Assembly: GCA_964460615.1 (NCBI GenBank)
Contig: CAYWPX010000002.1
Coordinates: forward strand, 71,220-135,219
DNA length: 64,000 nt
Direction of reading: 5' to 3'
Source: an uncultured Planctomycetia bacterium
GTDB lineage: Bacteria; Omnitrophota; Gorgyraeia; CAYWPX01
The number at the start of each line of letters is the position of its first letter. Position 1 is the stretch's first letter. Under the pieces are notes generated by a model. The model saw nothing but the letters and a program-made list of their open reading frames with translations, was not told the DNA's origin and did no database searches. Positions 19,005 through 28,650 of the stretch are shown one piece after another. Position numbers and translations under genes: made by a program.

Positions 19005-19030
19005 TGCCCTACGGCTTTGCTGTAGGGCAG
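19005..19030 (-). promoter_or_regulatory. 9-bp-stem hairpin (ctgccctac...gtagggcag) in the pilD-aroC spacer, next to a GGT-phase heptamer array
   Basis: Seen directly. No U-tract follows on the transcript strand, so its role is unclear. Confidence 0.35.
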
Positions 19031-19045
19031 GCGAACCGTTAACCA

Positions 19046-19879
19046 TTAAAATATAAACAAACTTAGGATCTTATCCCCGAAAAATATCGACACAAGCGCT
19101 GCCATTGATAAAAACGGCCCATAAGGAATAACATGGTCCTTATTTTTCAACAATACAATAATCCCCACCACCGAACCAAAGAACGGAGCAATAAAAAATG
19201 TGAGAAGTGCTTTCTGCCATCCGATTATCGAGCCGATCATTGCCATAAATTTCACATCTCCGCCGCCCATGGCCTCTTTGCGGAAAATCAATCTGCCAAA
19301 TACTCCGGTAAGATAAATACTCCCTCCCCCGGCAACTGCGCCTAAAAGAGAATTTATAATGGAATATTTCATTGACTGAACACCGTGTAGGTGCGGGTAG
19401 ATTAGACTTATTATTAATCCTATAACCAACCCCCCCAAGGTAATCTCATCGGGAATTATCTGATGCTCAATATCAATAAAACTCGATACAATAAGCGCCC
19501 CTATCAACGCTGCGAATATAAGAAATTCAATACTCGGCCCGTAAACCGAAAAAATCGCTACAAAAAGAAGCGCTGTCAATAATTCTACAAGAAAATATCT
19601 GTAGGAAATATGGCTATTGCATTTTCTACACTTGGACCTAAGAATAAAAATGCTTACAAGCGGCAGATTATCAAACCATTTTATTTTCGAATTACAATAC
19701 GGACAATGTGAATTCGGAAATACAATAGACTCGTTCCTTGGCATCCTATATATGCATACATTCAAAAAACTCCCTACCACAGCCCCCAGAATAAATACAA
19801 ACGGATAAAAAATCACCGGAACAGGCCCCGAAGCCCATGCCGGACAATTACTAAACGAGATTATTTTGTATGGCATCAA
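19046..19879 (-). CDS. pilD: type IV prepilin leader peptidase (A24 family)
   Basis: CPYCNSKIKWFDNLP...CRKCNSHI zinc motif, then a multi-TM region and GGGDVKFMAMIGSIIG. Confidence 0.85.
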   Translation of the reverse strand: MMPYKIISFSNCPAWASGPVPVIFYPFVFILGAVVGSFLNVCIYRMPRNESIVFPNSHCPYCNSKIKWFDNLPLVSIFILRSKCRKCNSHISYRYFLVELLTALLFVAIFSVYGPSIEFLIFAALIGALIVSSFIDIEHQIIPDEITLGGLVIGLIISLIYPHLHGVQSMKYSIINSLLGAVAGGGSIYLTGVFGRLIFRKEAMGGGDVKFMAMIGSIIGWQKALLTFFIAPFFGSVVGIIVLLKNKDHVIPYGPFLSMAALVSIFFGDKILSLFIF

Positions 19880-19906
19880 ATTATATTCTAACCTTTCTTA
19901 AGCCGG

Positions 19907-20761
19907 TTATTTTTTAATGGCCCTATTAAGAGCGTTCTTCATTATATCCACCGGAGCCTTCAAACCAGTCCAGATCTCAAATGCCTTTACACCCTGCCTC
20001 AATAACATCCCGAGGCCGTTTGAATATCTTAATTTATTTTTTATTGCGGATTTTATAAGTTTGGTCTTAAGAGGATTGTAGATACAGTCATATACCGCCA
20101 GATTTTTATGAAGCCATCTTTTATCAACCAGCTCTGTGTCCTTGTCATGCATCCCGCATGGACTGGCGTTAACCAGAAGATCTGAATTAAGTATGAGTTC
20201 TCCGAGCGCGGTTTTATCAAATTTTACGGCGAATACCTCACATCTGGTTTTTGCAGAAAGCTCTTTTGCTAAAACCAGCGCTTTTTTTGAATCAAGATCC
20301 GTAAAAATAATTCTTTTCGCACCGGCTAAAGCCAGCGAAAAAGATATTGCCCTTGCCGCTCCTCCGGCTCCGAAAATAAAGACCGATTTACCTTTGGGGT
20401 TAAATTTAAGGTCCGCTTTTAAAGAATCTATAAAACCAAGCCCGTCGGTATTATATCCTATCATTAGATCATCCTTCACCAGGACCGTATTTACGGCCCC
20501 TATAAACTTCGCCTCGGGGGAAAGTTTATCGAGGTACTTTATGATATTCTCTTTGTGCGGGATCGTAACATTAAAACCTTTTACCCCTATAGACTTGAGG
20601 CCGGATATTGCGTCATGTAAATTCTCCGGTTTCACCTCGAACGGAAAGTACACGCCATTCACACCAAGCTTACTGAAAGCGCTATTATGCATGTTAGGTG
20701 AAAATGTATGCTTAACCGGAAACCCTATTAAACCAAAAACGGATGTCTGGCCATTTATCAT
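19907..20761 (-). CDS. aroE: shikimate dehydrogenase
   Basis: [22 protein letters not shown]...[13 protein letters not shown]. 284 aa. Confidence 0.85.
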   Translation of the reverse strand: MINGQTSVFGLIGFPVKHTFSPNMHNSAFSKLGVNGVYFPFEVKPENLHDAISGLKSIGVKGFNVTIPHKENIIKYLDKLSPEAKFIGAVNTVLVKDDLMIGYNTDGLGFIDSLKADLKFNPKGKSVFIFGAGGAARAISFSLALAGAKRIIFTDLDSKKALVLAKELSAKTRCEVFAVKFDKTALGELILNSDLLVNASPCGMHDKDTELVDKRWLHKNLAVYDCIYNPLKTKLIKSAIKNKLRYSNGLGMLLRQGVKAFEIWTGLKAPVDIMKNALNRAIKK

Positions 20762-22293
20762 AGAATAACCCTGGTCTTTTTTTCCAGCATATATATCTTA
20801 TTTATCGCGTTCAGATAGGCTTTCACACTGGCCTCTATAATGTCAGTTGATGCCGCCCTGCCGCTGATTATCCTGTTCTTATACTCAAGTTTCAGTATTA
20901 CTTCTCCGAGAGCATCTTTGCCCCTGGATATCGATTTTATTGAATAATCCAAAAGCCTCGCCTTTATGGAGGTTATCTTTTCTATGGCTTTATAACAAGC
21001 ATCTACCGGCCCGTCGCCTTTTGAAATAGCTTTTACAACTTTCCCTTTTTTGGAAACCTTTACTTCAGCCTGAGGTTCGATCTGACTGCCGCTTGATACA
21101 AAAAAGTAATCGAGTTTAAATATTTCCGGAGTTTCAACAGATTCATCCTCGATCAAAGCAATAAGATCTTCGTCAAAGACCTCTTTTTTCTTATCGGCAA
21201 GAAGTTTGAATTTGACAAAAAACAACTTATCGATCTCTTTTTCATTAAAACTGTAACCGAGTTTTTTTAATCTTTCGGAAAACGCATGCCTGCCGGAATG
21301 TTTACCAAGTACAAGCCTTGAATCGGCCTTCGTAAGCCCTATATCGACAGGGTTTATAATCTCATAGGTCGTGCGCTTTTTCATAACGCCGTCCTGATGA
21401 ATACCTGATTCATGGCTAAATGCGTTGCCGCCCACAATCGCTTTATTTGGCTGCACCGGTATGCCCGTAAGTTTCGATACCAATCGGCTTGTCGCAATGA
21501 TCTCTTTTGTATTAATAGCAGTCTCTACGTTAAAGAGATCTCTGCGGGTCTTTAAGATCATCACTATCTCTTCCATCGAGGCATTACCTGCTCGTTCGCC
21601 TATGCCATTGATCGTGCACTCGACCTGACGGGCGCCGTTTTTTATCGCAGCCAAAGAATTACTTACGCCAAGCCCGAGGTCGTTATGGCAATGTACGCTG
21701 ATAACAGCTTTTTCAATATTAGGAACATTGTTCTTTATATCATTGATCAAAGAACCGTATTCATTCGGTACGGCATAGCCTACAGTGTCAGGAATATTCA
21801 CAGTTGTTGCTCCTGCCTTTATTACGGTTTCAATGACCTTAAAAAGAAACTCTCTTTCGGTCCTTGAAGCATCCTCCGGAGAAAACTCCACATCATACGT
21901 TTTCTTTTTGGCCAAACGAACCGCCCAATCCGCCAAGCGCAAAATCTCCTCTTCGGCTTTTTTGAGCTTGTACTTCATATGGATCTTAGACGTCGCCAGA
22001 AAAACATGGATCCTGGGATGTTTGGAATATTTAATGGCATCGTAACATGTAACTATATCTTTTTCGATAGCTCTGGCTAATCCGCAGATAATAGGCCCTT
22101 TGATTTTTTTTGCGATCTCTTTCACCGAATCAAAATCACCCTTACTTGAAACCGGAAAACCGGCTTCAATAGCATCTACGCCTAACCTAACAAGCTGATT
22201 TGCTATTTCAATTTTCTGCTTGTCGGTCATAGAAGCGCCCGGTGACTGCTCACCATCGCGAAGTGTAGTGTCGAATATAATTATCTTTTCCAT
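20758..22293 (-). CDS. leuA: 2-isopropylmalate synthase
   Basis: [19 protein letters not shown]...[21 protein letters not shown]. 511 aa with a LeuA dimerisation C-terminus. Confidence 0.9.
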   Translation of the reverse strand: MEKIIIFDTTLRDGEQSPGASMTDKQKIEIANQLVRLGVDAIEAGFPVSSKGDFDSVKEIAKKIKGPIICGLARAIEKDIVTCYDAIKYSKHPRIHVFLATSKIHMKYKLKKAEEEILRLADWAVRLAKKKTYDVEFSPEDASRTEREFLFKVIETVIKAGATTVNIPDTVGYAVPNEYGSLINDIKNNVPNIEKAVISVHCHNDLGLGVSNSLAAIKNGARQVECTINGIGERAGNASMEEIVMILKTRRDLFNVETAINTKEIIATSRLVSKLTGIPVQPNKAIVGGNAFSHESGIHQDGVMKKRTTYEIINPVDIGLTKADSRLVLGKHSGRHAFSERLKKLGYSFNEKEIDKLFFVKFKLLADKKKEVFDEDLIALIEDESVETPEIFKLDYFFVSSGSQIEPQAEVKVSKKGKVVKAISKGDGPVDACYKAIEKITSIKARLLDYSIKSISRGKDALGEVILKLEYKNRIISGRAASTDIIEASVKAYLNAINKIYMLEKKTRVIL

Positions 22294-22408
22294 AATTCAC
22301 CTTAGAAATCAGATAACAGAATTCAGAAATCAGAAAAAATCATCTTTTATCCCTGCCTGCCGGCAGGCAGGTATTCTCTGTTTTCTGTCATCTGTCTTCT
22401 GTCATCTA
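22294..22408 (-). promoter_or_regulatory. nested palindromic spacer between ilvC and leuA: five AGAAATC-type heptamers, a perfect 20-bp GC palindrome, then four TCTGTCA-type heptamers
   Basis: The plus strand reads gaaatca|gataaca|gaattca|gaaatca|gaaaaaa ... cctgcctgccggcaggcagg ... tctgttt|tctgtca|tctgtct|tctgtca. On the transcript strand a U-rich run follows the hairpin about 12 nt later. Confidence 0.5.
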
Positions 22409-23401
22409 TTAATGTTTCATCCAAGGCATCATTTCCCTTAGATCTCTTCCAACTTTTTCTATCGGGTGATTATCCTGTTCTTTTAATATCTTGTTGAAAT
22501 TCGGTCTGCCCATTTCATTTTCTTTTATCCATTCACGGGCAAATTTTCCTTTTTGTATCTCTTTAAGGATTTTTTTCATTTCTTTTCTTGTTTTTTCAGT
22601 AATTATTCTCTTACCCCTGGTAATATCTCCATAACAAGCAGTGTTGGAAACGCTTCTTCTCATCCCCGAAATTCCTTTTTCCTGAATAAGGTCCGTAATA
22701 AGTTTCAGTTCGTGAAGAACTTCGAAATATGCTATCTCGGGCTGATATCCTGCCTCCAAAAGCGTATCAAAACCTGCCATGATCAATTCCGATGCCCCGC
22801 CGCACAGTACCGCCTGTTCTCCGAATAGATCCGTCTCTGTCTCTTCTTTAAATGTCGTTTCTATGACACCTGCTTTTGTTGCTCCTATCCCTTTAGCATA
22901 TGCGAGCGCTAGCTTAAGAGCGTTACCCGATGCATCCTGATAGATCGCTACCAGGCTCGGAACGCCTTTTCCCTCTTCGTACATACGCCTTACAAGAGCG
23001 CCCGGGCCTTTTGGAGCAATCATGAAAACATCGACTTTCTTCGGAGGCCTTATCTGTTTAAAGTGAATATTAAACCCATGTGAAAATACAAGGGATTTCC
23101 CTTTTTTCAGGTTCTTTTTTATAGCATCATTATAAACCTTTGCCTGGACATGGTCCTGAGTAAGGATCTGGATGATATCCGCTTTCTTTGCAGCTTCTTC
23201 GACAGTCAGAACCTCAAAGCCGTCCTTTTTTGCCAAATCGTAATTTGGGGTGTTCGGCAGTTCGCTGACGACAACATTAAGCCCGCTATCTCTTAAGCAT
23301 AAGCTCTGCCCGCGCCCCTGGATACCATATCCGATGATCGCGATCGTCTTATCTTTTAGGATACCGAGATCCGCATCTTTGTCATAATAAATTTTTGCCA
23401 T
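22409..23401 (-). CDS. ilvC: ketol-acid reductoisomerase
   Basis: [28 protein letters not shown] (NADP Rossmann) and 330 aa class I KARI. Confidence 0.9.
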   Translation of the reverse strand: MAKIYYDKDADLGILKDKTIAIIGYGIQGRGQSLCLRDSGLNVVVSELPNTPNYDLAKKDGFEVLTVEEAAKKADIIQILTQDHVQAKVYNDAIKKNLKKGKSLVFSHGFNIHFKQIRPPKKVDVFMIAPKGPGALVRRMYEEGKGVPSLVAIYQDASGNALKLALAYAKGIGATKAGVIETTFKEETETDLFGEQAVLCGGASELIMAGFDTLLEAGYQPEIAYFEVLHELKLITDLIQEKGISGMRRSVSNTACYGDITRGKRIITEKTRKEMKKILKEIQKGKFAREWIKENEMGRPNFNKILKEQDNHPIEKVGRDLREMMPWMKH

Positions 23402-23729
23402 TTCATTTCCTCCTTAGATGAGTCCCCCAAAGTAATTTCGGGGGCGAATCATCCCGACGAATGTGATAAAATTATCGAGCATTTAGCGCAGTTATGCTAA
23501 ATGCGCAGAAAATTTTATCACTTCTTATAAGTCGGGACACTATTATTCATTATCTATTTTTTTACTCTACCGCAGAGCAAAAGCTATTCCTTATTCAATC
23601 TCAATTGCAATCTCTAAATTCTTCCGCATTGGGAAGAATTTGCCCCAACGAGTATGCTAAAATTATCGAGAGCACTTAGCACTTTAGTGCTAGTGCTAAG
23701 GGAATTTTAGCATATGTCACGAGTTGGGG
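23402..23729 (-). repeat. 328-bp structured spacer carrying two diverged copies of an approx. 90-bp nested-hairpin element (shared 12-mer aaaattatcgag), plus two smaller hairpins
   Basis: Element 1 is about 23447-23541: atcccgac / gtgataaaatt / gcatttagc..gctaaatgc / aattttatcac / gtcgggac. Element 2 is about 23641-23728: ccccaac / gctaaaatt / agcact..agtgct / aattttagc / gttgggg. There is also aattcttccgcattgggaagaatt and cccccaaagtaatttcggggg next to the ilvC RBS. Confidence 0.55.
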
Positions 23730-24203
23730 TTACTCAATTTCTATCGCAATCTTCCCGGTTCTTGTCATATCCTTAACTCTATAAGGCTTAAGATGGTCGA
23801 GAAGCTTAACAACATTCTCATTCGTACCGACAAATTCCACTAATGCATGCTTTGAATCATGGTGCAATACATTAGCCTTGTTTTTTTCTAAAAGCGCAAG
23901 GACTTTCGATTTTACTTTATCGCCAAATTCGACCTTGAATAAAAGAAGTTCCCTGTCTATGTAGTCTTTCTTGGTAAAATCTTTTATACTTATAACATCA
24001 ATAAGTTTACCAAGCTGCTTTTTAACCTGTTCGAGTATCTTGTCATCTCCTTTGACCACAATCGTCATTTTGGAAATGGTCGGATCCTCTGTTTCGCCTA
24101 CAGCCAATGAGTCTATATTGTAGCCACGGGCGCTGAATAACCCAGATATTCTGGCCAAGACTCCTGACTTATTTTCTACCAGTACTGATATTGTGTGCCG
24201 CAT
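23730..24203 (-). CDS. ilvN: acetolactate synthase small (regulatory) subunit
   Basis: MRHTISVLVENKSGVLARISGLFSARGYNIDSLAV is the ACT domain of IlvH/IlvN. 157 aa. Confidence 0.85.
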   Translation of the reverse strand: MRHTISVLVENKSGVLARISGLFSARGYNIDSLAVGETEDPTISKMTIVVKGDDKILEQVKKQLGKLIDVISIKDFTKKDYIDRELLLFKVEFGDKVKSKVLALLEKNKANVLHHDSKHALVEFVGTNENVVKLLDHLKPYRVKDMTRTGKIAIEIE

Positions 24204-24294
24204 GATTTATTTAAACTCCGATTCGTACTTCGTCGTTCGTACTTCGTATATCGTTTCTTTTCGATGTACTATGTACGAAATACGATGTACTGCT
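24204..24294 (-). repeat. GTAC-rich tandem-heptamer element (family A copy 1) directly upstream of ilvN
   Basis: ttcgtac|ttcgtcg|ttcgtac|ttcgtat ... cgatgta|ctatgta|cgaaata|cgatgta. Confidence 0.55.
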
Positions 24295-25965
24295 TTACGC
24301 TAACGAATTAATCATCTTATTAATCGCCTGACCGGCCGGAACCATCGGAAAAACATTCTCTTCTTCCTCAACGACAAATTCCACCACAACCGTATTTGGA
24401 GTGTTTATAGCTTTCTCCAAAGCAGGCCTGACATCTTCTTTCTTTGCAACTCTAATGCCTACCGCGCCATAGGCCTCAGCCAGTTTTACAAAATCAGGAT
24501 TTTCTAAACGCACCTGAGAATATCTTCTCTTATAAAATAATTCCTGCCATTGTCTGACCATACCTAAGTAAGAATTATTAAGTATGATTATTTTGACTGG
24601 AATCTTATTAAATACCGCTGTTGCCAATTCCTGAATATTCATCTGAATAGAACCATCCCCGGCTATATCAAAAACAAGCCTCTCAGGACACCCTATCTGG
24701 GCGCCAATCGCGGCCGGAAACCCGAATCCCATTGTCCCAAGGCCGCCACTCGATAGAAAAGTTCTCGGTTCTTTATATTTAAAAAACTGGGCAGCCCACA
24801 TCTGGCTCTGGCCGACTTCAGTGACTATGATACAATCGCCTTTAGTGACCCTGTAAAGCTCCTCGATAACATACTGCGGTTTGATCTTTTTTGAATGTTC
24901 CGCATACACCAAAGGAAACTCTTTTTTCCATTCATTGATCTTAAACAGCCAATTTCCCGAATCACACGGGGAAACGATTTTATTTAATTCGGTTAAAATA
25001 CTCTTTGCATCACCGACGATCGGAATATGCACAGGCACATTTTTACTGACCGACGACGGATCAATATCGATATGGATAATATTGGCATGGGGGGCGAACT
25101 CATCGATCTTACCTGTAACCCTGTCGTCAAATCTTGCACCAATTGCAATGATCAAATCCGACTCCATTATAGCGTGATTCGCATAGGCCGTACCATGCAT
25201 ACCGAGCATCCCCAAAGACAACTCATGCTCCCCGGGAAATGCCCCCATAGCCATCAAAGTCGTAGTAACGGGCGCTTTTACTTTTTCGGCGAATTCCTTT
25301 ACTTCTTGGGAGGCATCGGCAATAATAGCTCCTCCTCCGACATAAATAATCGGGCGTTTGGAATTTGCTATTGCTTTTGCGGCTTTTTTTATCTGTCCCG
25401 GATGCCCTATATAAGTAGGCTTGTACCCCCTAATGGACGCTTCAGCCGGATAATGATACTCGGTCTCCTGGAGCTGAATATCACTCGGGAGATCTATAAG
25501 TACCGGCCCCGGACGGCCAGTGCGGGCAATATGAAATGCCTCTTTAATTATTTGAGACAGGTCTTCAATATTTTTAACTAAATAATTATGTTTTGTAATA
25601 GGACGCGTGATACCGGTTATATCGGCTTCCTGAAAAGCATCGTTTCCGATCAAAAATGTTTTTACCTGGCCTGTGATAGCAACCATCGGTATCGAATCCA
25701 TATACGCCGTCGCAATCCCCGTAACCAAATTTGTGGCACCCGGGCCTGATGTAGCAATACAGACTCCGACCTTTCCTGTGGCTCTGGCAAAACCATCCGC
25801 AGCATGCGCTGCTGCCTGTTCATGGCGGGTAAGCATAAAATTTAAACCGCCATCATATAAAGCATCAAAAAGAGGAAGGACCTGCCCTCCGGGGTAGCCA
25901 AAAACTATCTGCACTCCTTCTTTTTTTAAACTCTCAACAACTATTCTTGCTCCTGATAATTTCAT
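24295..25965 (-). CDS. ilvB: acetolactate synthase large subunit (thiamine-diphosphate enzyme)
   Basis: [27 protein letters not shown]...[15 protein letters not shown]. 556 aa. Confidence 0.9.
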   Translation of the reverse strand: MKLSGARIVVESLKKEGVQIVFGYPGGQVLPLFDALYDGGLNFMLTRHEQAAAHAADGFARATGKVGVCIATSGPGATNLVTGIATAYMDSIPMVAITGQVKTFLIGNDAFQEADITGITRPITKHNYLVKNIEDLSQIIKEAFHIARTGRPGPVLIDLPSDIQLQETEYHYPAEASIRGYKPTYIGHPGQIKKAAKAIANSKRPIIYVGGGAIIADASQEVKEFAEKVKAPVTTTLMAMGAFPGEHELSLGMLGMHGTAYANHAIMESDLIIAIGARFDDRVTGKIDEFAPHANIIHIDIDPSSVSKNVPVHIPIVGDAKSILTELNKIVSPCDSGNWLFKINEWKKEFPLVYAEHSKKIKPQYVIEELYRVTKGDCIIVTEVGQSQMWAAQFFKYKEPRTFLSSGGLGTMGFGFPAAIGAQIGCPERLVFDIAGDGSIQMNIQELATAVFNKIPVKIIILNNSYLGMVRQWQELFYKRRYSQVRLENPDFVKLAEAYGAVGIRVAKKEDVRPALEKAINTPNTVVVEFVVEEEENVFPMVPAGQAINKMINSLA

Positions 25966-26059
25966 TTAAAACCTCGCTTAAGCACTGCGTATTAAGTACG
26001 GCGTACGGCGCAAAAAACTTATTTTTCGCGATACGCTGTACACAATACGCTATACTGCT
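25966..26059 (-). repeat. GTAC-rich tandem-heptamer element (family A copy 2) directly upstream of ilvB
   Basis: gtacggcgtacggcgc ... cgcgata|cgctgta|cacaata|cgctata. Confidence 0.55.
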
Positions 26060-27712
26060 TTATTTGAACACTGCTCCTTCATCAGCTGACTGGACATGCT
26101 CGGAATATCTAACAAGGTATCCTTCGGTCACTTTCGGTTTTGGCTCCACCCACTTTGCCAAACGCGATTTAATTTCAGCTGCAGTCAATTTTATATCAAT
26201 GCTTCTTTTTGGTATATCGATCGAGATCTCATCTCCGTCTTTTACTATAGCTATAGGTCCGCCTGCCGCCGCCTCAGGCGATACATGGCCGATGCACGGC
26301 CCCCTGGTCCCGCCGGAAAATCTCCCGTCGGTGATAAGCGCTACGCTCTCTCCCAAACCCATACCCATAATAGCAGATGTTGCCGCAAGCATCTCTCTCA
26401 TCCCCGGGCCGCCTTTTGGGCCTTCGTATCTTATAACAACTACAGTACCTTCGGTTATCTTTTTATTCATGATGGCTTCCATTGCAGCCTCTTCCGAATC
26501 AAAAACCTTGGCAACGCCTGTAAATTTTTCCATCGCCTTTGATACGGCAGACTGTTTTACAATAGCACCATTCGGAGCGAGATTACCGAAAAGCACGGCG
26601 ATCCCGCCTTCTTTATGATAGGCATTATCCAATGGTCTTATAACGTCGTCGTCATCAACCCTTGCTTCGCGGGCTATCTGGGATATTTTTTTACCGCTAA
26701 CTGTATCAACATCATTAAGTTTTGATTGCAATCTTTTTATAACAGCGGGTATCCCCCCTGCATATTCAAGGTCTTCCATAAAATGTTCTCCGCCCGGGCG
26801 GATATTACTTATATGAGGTACGGATTTTGATATCTTATCGATCTCTTTTAAAGATAGCGGTATACCAAGCTCATTAGCAAGAGCTTTTATATGCAATACC
26901 GTGTTCGACGAGCCGCCAAGCGCCATATCTATAACTATGGCATTTTCAATAGCCTTTTTAGTCATTATTGATCGCGGAAGAATATTTTTCTTTACGAGCT
27001 GTACTACCCTTTCGCCGCTTGCGTAAGAGATCCTGTCTTTTTTTGCCAGTACCGCTAGAGCAGTCGCACATCCGGGCATGGACATACCCATCGCCTCCGT
27101 AACGCAAGACATGGTATTGGCCGTGTAAAGTCCCTGACAAGAACCAAAGCCCGGGCAAGCGCAGACCTCAAGCTCATTCAACTCTTCCTGATTTATTTCA
27201 CCGCTTTTAAATTGTCCTATCGCTTCAAACGTATCATGCACCAGATCAAGCCTTCGGCCTTTATATCTGCCGGTGATCATAGGGCCTGCGGTTACAATAA
27301 CCGTCGGAATATTAATCCTGGCGGTTGCCATAAGCATCCCGGGAGTGATCTTGTCGCAATTTGTCAAACAGACCAATCCGTCAAAAGAATGGGCTTTAAC
27401 AATAGTCTCTACCATGTCAGCTATCAATTCTCTCGACGGAAGAGAATATCTCATCCCCGCGTGGCCCATCGCAATCCCGTCGCAAATCCCGGGAACTCCG
27501 AAGAAAAACGGTACTCCTCCGGCTGCAATAATACCTCTTTCAATAAATCTTTCCAAGCGTTTCATCCCTATATGGCCGGGTATAATGTCATTAACAGTGG
27601 TCGCTACAGCGATAAAGGGTTTTCCCATATCGCTTTTTGAAAGTCCTGTTGCATAAAGAAGCGCCCTGTGCGGCACCCTCTCGACTCCGCGCTTGATTTT
27701 ATCTGATCTCAT
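26060..27712 (-). CDS. ilvD: dihydroxy-acid dehydratase
   Basis: [20 protein letters not shown] and [17 protein letters not shown] (Fe-S cluster Cys) as in IlvD. 550 aa. Confidence 0.9.
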   Translation of the reverse strand: MRSDKIKRGVERVPHRALLYATGLSKSDMGKPFIAVATTVNDIIPGHIGMKRLERFIERGIIAAGGVPFFFGVPGICDGIAMGHAGMRYSLPSRELIADMVETIVKAHSFDGLVCLTNCDKITPGMLMATARINIPTVIVTAGPMITGRYKGRRLDLVHDTFEAIGQFKSGEINQEELNELEVCACPGFGSCQGLYTANTMSCVTEAMGMSMPGCATALAVLAKKDRISYASGERVVQLVKKNILPRSIMTKKAIENAIVIDMALGGSSNTVLHIKALANELGIPLSLKEIDKISKSVPHISNIRPGGEHFMEDLEYAGGIPAVIKRLQSKLNDVDTVSGKKISQIAREARVDDDDVIRPLDNAYHKEGGIAVLFGNLAPNGAIVKQSAVSKAMEKFTGVAKVFDSEEAAMEAIMNKKITEGTVVVIRYEGPKGGPGMREMLAATSAIMGMGLGESVALITDGRFSGGTRGPCIGHVSPEAAAGGPIAIVKDGDEISIDIPKRSIDIKLTAAEIKSRLAKWVEPKPKVTEGYLVRYSEHVQSADEGAVFK

Positions 27713-27792
27713 ATAATCATCCTTTTAGTAATTCATCCTAAATATTGCCAAAGTTTTTTGGCATTTTTAAGGTAATACGCATAAATTTTTTG

Positions 27793-28488
27793 TTACCTTT
27801 TAGCTTCAATACCCTGAACCCACAACGCTATATTGGGCAAACCTGAAGGCATAAAGTCACTACTCCCAAACCATCTTACCGAAGCATCGCCCCACAGAAC
27901 ATTAAAACCTGTTTCGTGATTTTTCCTGTTAACATAATTCGGACAATCAACCGATATTATTTTATTCTTCACGCTCTCAAGGCTAAACGGCGGATCCGAA
28001 AAATTTGCCGGCCTTGCAACTGTCAGATAAGTACTTGTACAAGCGATATTATTGGTCATATTGTCGGGATTATAGCTGGCAGTGCCTTTCGCCCAATTAG
28101 CAGACGGACAAAAAAATACATCCGGGTCTTCCAAATACCTTGGGAACAAAGAGCCTATACTTGTCGTCTGCCCGCCAGCTGTCATTAAATTGGCGTTAAA
28201 AGTATACCCTGCAAAAAGATTTCTTGGCAATGGGGTAAAACCGTTGTTGTCATCGGCATATAGTTGCAAAGCCAGGCCTATTTGTCTGAAGTTGTTTGAA
28301 CAAAGGGCCCTTTTGCCCGATTCTTTAACTTTATTAATGGCCGGTAGTAATATTCCGGCCAAAATACCTGTTATAGCAATTACTACCAAAAGTTCTATTA
28401 AAGTAAACCCCTTCTTTTTGTATAAGTGTCCGGGGTTAGCAGTATTATCAAAAACGCATCCTAGGCTAATTATATTAATTTTTGTCAT
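27793..28488 (-). CDS. prepilin-type N-terminal cleavage/methylation domain protein with DUF1559-like C-terminus (PVC-type pseudopilin)
   Basis: KKKGFTLIELLVVIAITGILAGILLPAI is a class III signal. The C-terminus NVLWGDASVRWF resembles the DUF1559 H-X-DG-like tail. The leader is unusually long if the ATG at 28488 is used. Confidence 0.7.
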   Translation of the reverse strand: MTKINIISLGCVFDNTANPGHLYKKKGFTLIELLVVIAITGILAGILLPAINKVKESGKRALCSNNFRQIGLALQLYADDNNGFTPLPRNLFAGYTFNANLMTAGGQTTSIGSLFPRYLEDPDVFFCPSANWAKGTASYNPDNMTNNIACTSTYLTVARPANFSDPPFSLESVKNKIISVDCPNYVNRKNHETGFNVLWGDASVRWFGSSDFMPSGLPNIALWVQGIEAKR

Positions 28489-28537
28489 TTTATAGCCTTT
28501 TTTGGAAAATTTTAGCCTATTTTATTTAAATATTGTA

Positions 28538-28565
28538 ATTATATCATAAAGCCCCTGTTTGTCAA
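28538..28565 (-). promoter_or_regulatory. sigma70-type promoter with extended -10 (TTGACA-N16-TGaTATAAT) for the pilin-like gene
   Basis: The minus strand reads ttgacaaacaggggctttatgatataat. An inverted repeat ttgtcaattaaataaaatgacaa lies just upstream as a possible operator. Confidence 0.45.
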
Positions 28566-28650
28566 TTAAATAAAATGACAAAATATGAGTAATTTTCCTT
28601 TAATTTTGAGGAATTTTTATATATAATAAAGATATTAGGAGGGTTTATAC

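Noticed and set aside
23402-23729. T-box leader, ilv attenuator peptide or tRNA in the long ilvN-ilvC spacer
   Set aside because: There is no T-box consensus (AATTAGGGTGGNACCGCG). There is no short ORF rich in Ile/Val/Leu codons. No tRNA-like cloverleaf or GTTCGAATC motif is present.
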